DNA of 64,000 bases, taken from assembly GCA_002811645.1 (NCBI GenBank), contig PDIP01000041.1, positions 24,688 through 88,687 of the forward strand, given 5' to 3'. Shown here piece by piece: positions 1 to 8,718 of the stretch. Origin of the DNA: Corallochytrium limacisporum Hawaii. Its lineage: Eukaryota > Protista > Pluriformea. The translations under genes and the position numbers were made by a program. The notes under the pieces were generated by a model that was not told where the DNA came from, made no database searches, and saw only the letters and a list, made by a program, of their open reading frames with translations. The stretch's first letter is position 1. Each line of letters opens with the position of its first letter.

Positions 1-1293
1 ACATTCTCCTTTATTATCACCTTAATCGACCCTCAAATAACTCCTCTCAAGGGGTAGGGACCGCAGCATTAATTGCTCTCGCGGACCAAACTGTGCGAAG
101 AGTGAGACCCCTGGTGCGGCGGCGCGTTAGGACCTACCAAAGGCACCGCACCTCCAAAGCCACCAAACGTCAACGGCTTTCACCACTCTCCACAGGGGGT
201 GGGGGTTTTGGAGGTGGCGAACGCCCAAGCGCCAAGTGAACGGACCGACAACAACGGTCAACACTGACGTAAAACAACAATACGTTTACAATGTAATCTA
301 GCATGGTGAACACTTAGGGAGGGTATCCATGTCTTCCCGCGACTGGGGCCCCCGAGTTTTGCTTGCCGTACTGGTGGTGAGTGAGTGGTGCAAGGGTTTC
401 CAAGCCCGGGACTCAGGAAAATTGGTAGAGGGGGGGAACTGGTTGAAGAAGAAGTTGGAGACCACCAGCGGCGGGAATTTTCAACCAATCAACGGTGAGA
501 ACCTCTAAAATAGGATTTTGGGCATTTTCGCGGCATTCAAAACCGCTGCTGCCCCGGGCAGCAGCCACTCAGCCCTTCGGCCAAGCGTGCGAGAAAATGG
601 ACTCCAGATTAATACATCTTAATGAACTATTTAGGTTATTCAGTTATAAAGGGACCCGAACGGCGGCTAACCCCTCCCTACAACCGGCCTGCAGTAGTTG
701 AGAGACGATCTTGAAAGGACGAGAGAAATTTTTTTCGGGGGCAGGGCGGTCCCTAGAACCATAAGCGAAGGGCCCGTGGATCCGCCGGGTACGCGAAGTG
801 GCGATGGGAGAGAGCGGATAACCGGGAGGGTTTTCGGGAACGGCAGCGCGTAGGAGTAGATATCGGAGGTAAGTGTACGCACACGTTTTTCGCGGCCCTT
901 GTTTTTCCGGTGATCAACGATCTGTGAAGCATATTATGGCCGAGATTAACGCCGCTGGCAACTGACACCATGACACACACCCACGATTTGGCACAAACAC
1001 AGAGAGTGGGGCAGGCAGTTCCGAAGGGGGCCCGAACTCAGCGGAACTCTTTTTCTTCTTCAGTCATATATGGACATATTCGTCGACAGAGACGAGCAGG
1101 AAATACATAAGGTGATGGTACAAATAACATGCTTCTGTGGCACGTCGAATTCGTTACATTGAACTGTGAAATGGCCGACCCTATAAGGAAAATCGGAAGC
1201 ATTCGGTTATGTCACTGGTGAAGTTGAGTCACACAAAATGACAGAATCCTGAAGGATAGTTGGACCAGCTACCATAGAACAAACCACAAAAAT

Positions 1294-3015
1294 ATGGAGC
1301 CCGGACGTGTATTCGGTGATGGCAACATTGGCATTGGGGCCAGAAGTAGTAACAACACATCCAATGCTCCCTCGCTCGGTAGCTTCGCACCAGCTCTGGG
1401 TCCATTGGACCCACGGCTTTACCTGGGTGTCGGCGGATCCTCGCGCCGTCGAAAGGCCGGCTTGGGTAGTGCTTTCTCAAATCCACAGTATTTAAATGGA
1501 TCGGCGTTCGAAAAGGGACCGGAGCCCGGCATGCCGTCAATGGAAGACCCGGCCGTAAAGCGTGCAATTATGGGAGATGGTAATGTAGGTGCCTTTGACA
1601 AAGGGGTATCGTCCGGCATGAGCGATAAGCAGGGAAGGCCAAAAACAAAAAGCTACGGCCGGTTGCACAATGACAAAAGTGGCGGCTTTGCGCTGAACCC
1701 CGAGGGAAGACCGACAACCGGATTAAGCACAGGTGCTTACGCTAAAAACTACAGCAGTGGACCGTCCGGATACTATGGCAAGGATGGCGTACGTCACCCT
1801 TATGATGACAAACACTCAGCCCTGCATGGTAATCCAGACAGTGGGCTAGGCGGATCGGCAGCGGCTGCTCCGGTGCATGAGGACTTGGTAAGGCACAAGG
1901 TGTTGGCCACGGATACGTTGACCAGTCTGGCGATTCGCTACGGATGCACCGCGTCGGAAATCAAATTTATCAACAAGATAGTCATGGAGCAAGATTTGCA
2001 CGCCCGAAAGTATATCTACATTCCGAAAAGTGAAGGGGAGCCAGAAGCAGCACCGGGCAAAGCAGGGATCCTCGACAGAAAAGGCAAGGCAGCCGATGCT
2101 GATCAAAGCGGTTGGCCTCAGGGTCCACCCCCAGAATATCCACCCAAGCAGGAACTGTTAATCGATTTTGGCGCGGACGAAGACATACAAGCCCCAACAC
2201 CACCGCCTCCATACACTCCGGACGGATTCGTGCAGGAGGCGACCTTGAGTGGAGGTACTGGCTTGGAGAACGAAGGTTTTCATGACTTCGTGAGCTATGA
2301 TACGCAAGAGCAAAACGAGAACGACGACGGCCTAGAGACCATTGACGAGGATCAGTTAGCTGATCTTGACAATCTGGAGCAGTTGCGTGAGGGTGGGCCT
2401 GCAACCACTGACGACGGCGCCAACTCAGCGCTCAGCTTCCTAAGCAAATTTGACCAGGCCATTGATGACGGCAAACGTTTCACATACGCCATGGATGTCA
2501 AGTACGGCAAGGGTCTAGTTGACAATAAGGATAGACCAAAGAATCGGGAGATTACTGATGTGGACCGGCAGCGCATGGCGGAAGAGTCGCGTCGGAAGGA
2601 GCAGGAGAAGGCGTTTGCATCGCAGCAAGCGGCCAGGCGTCATAGCATTGGTCGGCCGTCCTCATCTCCGAGTCCTGGCATGCCGGGCAAGAAGCTAGCT
2701 GACTCAATGGCAAATTTGATCATCCGTCCTCGCGGCAAGGGCAGCCGCCCTTCTTCGTTGCTGAGTGGGAGCCAAGTAGGTCAGGGCGACGGTGAGAGTG
2801 ACATTGGCTCGATTCCGCTCCAGGACTCAGATGTCGGAGGCTCACGCCGCAGCGAGTCCGCAAACCCTGCTCCCAAGCGGACCTCAGGGCGCGTTATCAG
2901 CAATGGTGGCGGTCCCGGCCCCGGTAGTACGGTGAGCTCTGGCTTTGGTTTTGGGACAGGCGGTTCCGTAAACTCTGCTGGCTTTACATCGAACGTGAAG
3001 AACCCGTTCCGGTGA
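1294..3015 (+). CDS. LysM-domain protein, LYSMD1/2-like
   Basis: 573-aa ORF. LysM domain HKVLATDTLTSLAIRYGCTASEIKFINKIVMEQDLHARKYIYIP (~1893-2024). The downstream helix SALSFLSKFDQAI resembles the conserved C-terminal helix of LYSMD1/2. No TM segment; the rest is low-complexity. Confidence 0.8.
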   Translation: MEPGRVFGDGNIGIGARSSNNTSNAPSLGSFAPALGPLDPRLYLGVGGSSRRRKAGLGSAFSNPQYLNGSAFEKGPEPGMPSMEDPAVKRAIMGDGNVGAFDKGVSSGMSDKQGRPKTKSYGRLHNDKSGGFALNPEGRPTTGLSTGAYAKNYSSGPSGYYGKDGVRHPYDDKHSALHGNPDSGLGGSAAAAPVHEDLVRHKVLATDTLTSLAIRYGCTASEIKFINKIVMEQDLHARKYIYIPKSEGEPEAAPGKAGILDRKGKAADADQSGWPQGPPPEYPPKQELLIDFGADEDIQAPTPPPPYTPDGFVQEATLSGGTGLENEGFHDFVSYDTQEQNENDDGLETIDEDQLADLDNLEQLREGGPATTDDGANSALSFLSKFDQAIDDGKRFTYAMDVKYGKGLVDNKDRPKNREITDVDRQRMAEESRRKEQEKAFASQQAARRHSIGRPSSSPSPGMPGKKLADSMANLIIRPRGKGSRPSSLLSGSQVGQGDGESDIGSIPLQDSDVGGSRRSESANPAPKRTSGRVISNGGGPGPGSTVSSGFGFGTGGSVNSAGFTSNVKNPFR

Positions 3016-3159
3016 ATTCCTCTTGTTTTCCATGAGATTGCACGTTAGTAAATGTTAGTTGTAAAGAAATCTCTCTTAGATACAAAAGTACTCGATTCGG
3101 GATTGAATTACGATAGTACGTTGATATGTCATATGTTTTTCTTTTGTTTTTCTTTCCTA

Positions 3160-4683
3160 TCAGGCTCCAATGTTGTCCATAGGCTCAAATACGAGCCAGT
3201 CAACAATATCTGGATTCTCGAGCATGTCAACAGTGAGTAAGAATCCAGAAATGGTCCAAGTCTGGAATGCGCGTGCTTCACGTCCAATTAGCCGACCGAG
3301 GCGGCCGTCATAATACTCAATCCACTTGTCTTTGCGCATGCGCTTGGCGGCCATATCGAGGGCCTTGATTACCAAGTCTCCACGGTCAAAGTGCAGGCAG
3401 GCGGCGCCAAACATCCACAGCAAAACGGGCCAATTGCCGCCGTTGTGGTAACTCCATGCGCGGTTCTTGGGGTCACATCCGGTCAGCATCTCCCACTCCT
3501 GACCCTCCAGGGCTGGGTAGACAATTTTCAGTGGCATCTGACCCACAAGGTCTTCCCAATTCCTCTCGATTAGCTTAATAATCATCTCACCCTGTGACTC
3601 TGTCGACAGCGCGGCCATGACAGCAACCAAATTGCCGAGCGTGAAGAACCGACAATCCAACAAAGACGGACCTAGGTTGCCTGCGAAGAATCCACCGTCG
3701 TCCGGGAGCCATCGGCTGAGCATATCATACGGAATCGACTTGGAAAAGATATTGAACTGATTCAGCGCACCAAGACCATACTCCTCGGACTTGAAGCGGT
3801 AGATTGTGTTTAGCTTCTCCAGATCGATCCAGTAGTGGTCCCGAATGTGCTTGGTCAAGGGAAACAGGCGTGCATTGACAGCTTTGAGAATATCCGAGTT
3901 TTCTGCAGACGGTAGCAACAGCTCCAGCCCGGATCGCAGAGTATAAAAGAAAAGCGACTGAATCTCTAGCGGATGGCCGTTGATGCCCATGCGACGATCA
4001 ATCATGCACGCGCCATCAGGCACGAGAAGAGTCGGGTACAAATCAAACCGGCTGACAAGACATAACTCCAGAATTAGTCGAATGCCCTGTTGATAGTCCG
4101 GGTGCTGCGCCAATTCGAAATCTCCCGTGGCCTTCACATACGCCCGCAGAATATATACCCACCACAGACAACTGTCAACGGGAGTGACTCGGCCGATGGC
4201 GTGGTTACCGAAATCCGCCTGCAAGTACTCATGGTCGTCCTCGTATACCACCTTAAAGCTAGCAGGCATCAACCCACGTCCCGGCTGGAAGAAGTCAAGG
4301 CGGTCCTCTGTGGTCTGCAACTGGAGCGTTTTGGACAGGAAATGGCGTACGATCTCTGGCCGGTCCCGGCTGAGGAACACCAGAGCAGCACTGACAAAGT
4401 CACGAATGAAGCATTGGTCATAGTTCAGTGCCTCAACTTGCGGGTCCCTTGCCGCAACAGTACCGACGGGTTTGCCATGATAGTAAATAATTGAATCCTC
4501 CAGGGCTGCCCACGCCTCGTCGGCGAGGTCCTGCAGATGTGAGGTCGAAATTGCCTCGCCGCTGCCCGGTGGTTCAGAGGGCATGCGAAACGGTCCACCA
4601 GGGCGCAAACCCTTGGTAGAGTTTTGGCGAACTGCGCCGGGACGACGCATAGGCTTGCTCGATCCTGCTTCGCCGTTCTCCAT
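3160..4683 (-). CDS. Alkaline/neutral invertase (glycoside hydrolase family GH100), cyanobacterial InvB-like
   Basis: First ATG at 4683 (the ORF track starts at GTG 4707). GH100 motifs: GTVAA, LNYDQCFIRDF, GLMPASFKV, ADFG-AIGRV-PVDS-LWW, PTLLVPDGACMIDRRMG, GHPLEIQ, DPKN-WSYHNGG-WP, EYYDG, QTWTI. The catalytic Asp (VPDG) and Glu (EYYDG) are present. Confidence 0.95.
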   Translation of the reverse strand: MENGEAGSSKPMRRPGAVRQNSTKGLRPGGPFRMPSEPPGSGEAISTSHLQDLADEAWAALEDSIIYYHGKPVGTVAARDPQVEALNYDQCFIRDFVSAALVFLSRDRPEIVRHFLSKTLQLQTTEDRLDFFQPGRGLMPASFKVVYEDDHEYLQADFGNHAIGRVTPVDSCLWWVYILRAYVKATGDFELAQHPDYQQGIRLILELCLVSRFDLYPTLLVPDGACMIDRRMGINGHPLEIQSLFFYTLRSGLELLLPSAENSDILKAVNARLFPLTKHIRDHYWIDLEKLNTIYRFKSEEYGLGALNQFNIFSKSIPYDMLSRWLPDDGGFFAGNLGPSLLDCRFFTLGNLVAVMAALSTESQGEMIIKLIERNWEDLVGQMPLKIVYPALEGQEWEMLTGCDPKNRAWSYHNGGNWPVLLWMFGAACLHFDRGDLVIKALDMAAKRMRKDKWIEYYDGRLGRLIGREARAFQTWTISGFLLTVDMLENPDIVDWLVFEPMDNIGA

Positions 4684-5667
4684 AGTGAATTTGTTTGTAT
4701 TCAACACCCCTTAAAGTTGTAGTGGTTGCAAACGGTCAGAGAGAAGCTTATGACACCACCTCACCAGAAAGTCTGTATCTTAATTAGTCACCTGAAAAGT
4801 GTGTCCGTTTTATGGAGGTTGGTATGCCTTCCTTGTCTGTTTCTTCTCACTAAGACTTCATTCAAGTGAACAAGGTTTCGCAGCTGAGCCTTGTTTGTTT
4901 TCCACTACTCACACGGCTTATGGTCACCATGCATCTGATTCTTACAGGATGTGACATAAGTTATGAAGGACTCAAACACCAGGACCTCTGACGCGCCATA
5001 CTGTACAAATTGGAAAGCAAACTGCTTTATGGTTCCAGCATGTAAGAATTGAAACAAAACGAACCCCAAAACTGTCCAATCGCGGAAACTCCCCAGTTTC
5101 TCTGACCCAAAGGCCCCCCCCCCCCTACAACACCCTCCGCCGGCCCACCCCACTTAGACACCGCAGGGCCGTGGTGCGGAATGGTTCGGCCCCAGTGACG
5201 GAGTCAGGGGGCGAGAGAAGTAAAAGGAGGAGACCCTCGCTGGGGGCTAGCAGAAGAAACCCCCCCCGGGGGGGGGGGTTGGGGGCACGGGTTAGGTGCT
5301 TGCGGCTGTGCTACTGACAGCGGTTCCTTCCCTCGAGAGAAGAAGGGAAGGGGGGGTGGGGGGCGGGTTGGACCTTCAGGGAAAGGAACAACTCAGCGCA
5401 GAGGGGCGTGCCAGGGAAGGGAGTCTTGCGAGACCTAGCGACGGAGGACCACCACCGTCAAAGCAGGGAGGGAGGGAGAGGGGGAGGTTCAGAGCGTAGG
5501 GACGTGGGGAGGGTAGATGCCGGTGATATGCGAAGGAAAATTGCATCGCCGTCTTCGTGACACGTTCTTCGCTTGCGCTCTCCATGATCAAGTGCATGTC
5601 GGTTTATTTTGACTTTGCTCATGTCTTTGTCTCATGATAATCCACTTTTCGGTTGCTACATGTTGAC

Positions 5668-6355
5668 CTAAATGACAGGTACAGGAGACTGTCGTTGACC
5701 ATCATGGCAATTGGATGCGGTAGCATCGATGCGGCTATTATTGTGAGCCAGGTTCCCTGACGGGTCATGAACAGTCACCACATCTTTGCTCTTGACCATG
5801 TGCTCATGATGGTCCTCACTAACAGGCTCCATAGGCTTCTCTAGATTGGCTTGAGTGTCAAGGCCCAGGCGCAGGGACAGCTTCGTCACAAATTCTTTTA
5901 GACAGGAGAGCAAGGGCCGTTCGCGGGTGGAAGCAGCATTCTCTTCACCATGCTCCTTTGTGCAGGACAATGCACTGCCAGGACGAGCAACTGACACGGC
6001 GGTTTCCTCTTCAATGACAACAGCTGGGCTGATGGCGGCCGCCTCCTCCTCTGCGGCCTCGTTTGCCTGTACCAATTCCTCTGCGAGAGGAGCGAGTATC
6101 CCGCGGTGGCTCTTTGCGTTGGGAGTTTTGGCTGCACTACGCGGAAGCTGACTAAGGATCTCAATGTTCTTGAGGACAATGTTGTGGGTACCTCTTCGTC
6201 ATCTCTTTGATCATTTGTGAATGGCGTCTTCGCAGTGTCCGGTCTGAAGACCACGCTTACAAGGTAGTGAACGGAATCCAACACTACTGCTGCGGCCACC
6301 TTGTCATCTTCTGGGAGTTAAGCAATTCTTTGGTAATGGCATGTAAGTCTACCAT
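5668..6355 (-). pseudogene. Disrupted gene; possible HROB/MCM8IP (DUF4539 OB-fold) relic
   Basis: Protein-like segments lie in successive frames: MVDLHAITKELLNSQK (ATG 6355), then KVAAAVVLDSVHYLVSVVF (6302-6246), then TGHCEDAIHK*SKR*RRGTHNIVLKNIEIL... which stays open to the stop at 5668. This needs frameshifts, and there are in-frame TGAs at 6211-6213 and 6199-6201. Confidence 0.5.
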
Positions 6356-6904
6356 GAACGTCAAGTGAACCCTTGATGACTCTGTATGTATCATATTGCC
6401 CATCTCTCGTGCCTACTTTGATTAGAATTGTACTCTGCACCTCCACAGCTGCACCGTTCACGGACCTGTCGCTGATCACAACAGATGCGCAGGATACGCT
6501 CGTTATTCCAAAAATATGCTCATCCAATTTAAAATACCTTAATTGACGGAGGCCATACCCTGATATTCCGATCCAGTACGGATTCAGTAACCATATATTT
6601 GAGCACGTGAAACCTCATCCACGCTCACACTCGCCCTTTCCCCTGGCCTCCCCCACCCAAAATAACCGGGTCAGTCTCCCGGGAGAACCGCCCCACCGCC
6701 GGTCTCCGCCATTCTCCAGTGGCACTTTTGGTGAAAGTATATCCAATTAGTGCTTTATGAATTTTGTATGGATTATTGGTCGATGTTGCTTGATTTTGAA
6801 ATTCTGCATGGGTCCCTATAACAGTACAATATTCGTATGCAGCGAGGTGGGTATATTCATATACTGACATAATTTATTTTGCACGATTGCAAACAATGAG
6901 CTAT

Positions 6905-6914
6905 GGCGCGAAAA
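6905..6914 (-). promoter_or_regulatory. Canonical E2F-type site (TTTTCGCGCC) upstream of RFC4
   Basis: GGCGCGAAAA on the + strand, ~220 nt upstream of the RFC4 ATG. Matches the TTTSSCGC consensus, and RFC genes are classical E2F targets. Confidence 0.55.
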
Positions 6915-7133
6915 ATGTTACGATGAGGTCGTGCCCTTCTTGTGTCTTCGACAGCTGGGAGCGGTGCAAAGAGTATACATGCTCGTGGCCACTGAGCCAA
7001 CATCGTCAAAGCTCAGCTTCCTGCTAGTGGCTACTTTAATGTGCGTAAGGTAGTTAAGTGGACATTTAAATCATTGTTCGATCAGAGCGAAATCGAAGGT
7101 CAACAAACAGTTCTGAACAACCGTTTCGCAAAG

Positions 7134-8213
7134 ATGCAGGCCCTCTTTGGGAAGAAGGGAGAGAAGGGAGCCTTGACTCGGGAGGAGATTGCCAAAGACC
7201 GGGCACAGGCTGTACCATGGGTGGAAAAATTCCGTCCCAAAACTCTGGAAGATGTGGCACACCAAGAGGAAGTAGTTGCGGTCCTTAAAAAGACAGTAAA
7301 GGAGTCTCCTTTAGACCTTCCCCACTTGTTGTTCTACGGGCCTCCCGGCACCGGTAAAACCTCCACCGTCCTGGCTATGGCACGGGATCTCTACGGGCCT
7401 AAGTTGACCAAACAGAGGGTGTTGGAACTGAACGCTTCCGATGAGCGAGGTATCAGCGTTATTCGGACGAAGATAAAAAACTTTGCACAACAGACAGCGG
7501 CAACTGCTAGCAAAGAAGAAGCTGGAGACTACCCATGCCCTCCGTACAAGATCATTGTCCTCGATGAGGCCGACAGTATGACCAGCGATGCACAAAGTGC
7601 TTTGCGTCGTACTATGGAAAAATACTCTACCACTACTCGATTCTGTTTGATCTGTAATTATGTGTCTCGCATCATCGAGCCCTTGGCCTCGCGGTGCGCA
7701 AAGTTCCGCTTCAAGCCACTAAGCACAGATTCCTTGATGGACCGTCTGCGGATAATTGCCAAGGCAGAAGGCATAAATGCCAGTGATGACGCATTAATGG
7801 CTCTAATTGAGGCCAGCGAGGGAGACATGCGCAAGGGCATTACGGGCATGCACAGTGCATCTCGCATTGCATCAAAGGCATTAACCAAACAATCAGTGAT
7901 GGAGAGCTCTGGCCGGGTGCCGGACGAGACGGTAGAAGAATTGATGCACCTCTGCCTGACCTCCACCTTCGACCGCCTGGACCGTGCTGTCAAGAACATA
8001 ATCTTCGACGGCTACAGCGGATGGCAGACCATAGCACAGATCCACGACAAGGTTGTCACCGATACCACCCTCAACGACCTTCAGAAGGCCCACATTTGTG
8101 ATGCCATTGCCAAAGCAGACAAGTGCCTGACTGATGGTGCAGACGAATATCTCCAAGTTGTCGCCTGCGTTGCCGCAATTATGGGAGCCCGTAGTATTGC
8201 AAACGTTGCATGA
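7134..8213 (+). CDS. RFC4: Replication factor C small subunit (human RFC4 / yeast Rfc2)
   Basis: ATG 7134 gives MQALF, like RFC4. Motifs: PWVEKFRP, Walker A GPPGTGKT, LELNASDERG, YPCPPYKIIVLDEADSMT, SRC. Confidence 0.95.
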   Translation: MQALFGKKGEKGALTREEIAKDRAQAVPWVEKFRPKTLEDVAHQEEVVAVLKKTVKESPLDLPHLLFYGPPGTGKTSTVLAMARDLYGPKLTKQRVLELNASDERGISVIRTKIKNFAQQTAATASKEEAGDYPCPPYKIIVLDEADSMTSDAQSALRRTMEKYSTTTRFCLICNYVSRIIEPLASRCAKFRFKPLSTDSLMDRLRIIAKAEGINASDDALMALIEASEGDMRKGITGMHSASRIASKALTKQSVMESSGRVPDETVEELMHLCLTSTFDRLDRAVKNIIFDGYSGWQTIAQIHDKVVTDTTLNDLQKAHICDAIAKADKCLTDGADEYLQVVACVAAIMGARSIANVA

Positions 8214-8384
8214 AAACATCCACAAAAGACCGAGAATAGAGTGTAACTGTTTATATAGTCCACAGAGTAAACTGGAAAGTTCAAACCTATCCCGAGGGTG
8301 GCTTTTCCTTGGGGCTAAAGGCTCCTCGCCCAAGTATCCCGTTTCGAATTCGGATCCCAAAAAGCGGCCCCCGTCTAAAATGAG

Positions 8385-8561
8385 GGCGGGAAAAACTAGG
8401 CTCCCCCACTCCTGCATCTCCTTCCCTACGCCCGCAGAGCTCGTAGGACTGGGTGAGGTCCGACAGCGGGTCTCCCCACGGCGTCATGCTGGGTTCCGCC
8501 AAAACGAGGGACGGTACCTGGAAAGGCGTCCGGACGGATGGCCCTTGGGTTGCGCTATAAA
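8385..8561 (+). promoter_or_regulatory. Putative kinesin promoter: E2F-like GGCGGGAAA (8385-8393) and TATAAA (8556-8561)
   Basis: Both motifs lie in or at the end of a GC-rich block 160-430 nt upstream of ATG 8719. Confidence 0.35.
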
Positions 8562-8718
8562 TGGTACTCAAGGAACTGTGAGTGGGTGACCAATTTCTTA
8601 CTCTGCGAATCACAGGCTAGAAGCCGGAGTTCAGCTTTGAAAGAAGTCATTTGCTAAGAGACAGCACCTTCGAATGTAGCCTTGTAGAGCACCGCGTAGG
8701 TATGTATGCCGCGCCATC

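Noticed and set aside
5166-5192. tRNA-like start GGGCCGTGGTGCGGAATGGTT
   Set aside because: No anticodon or T arm; only a 6-bp inverted repeat in GC-rich DNA.
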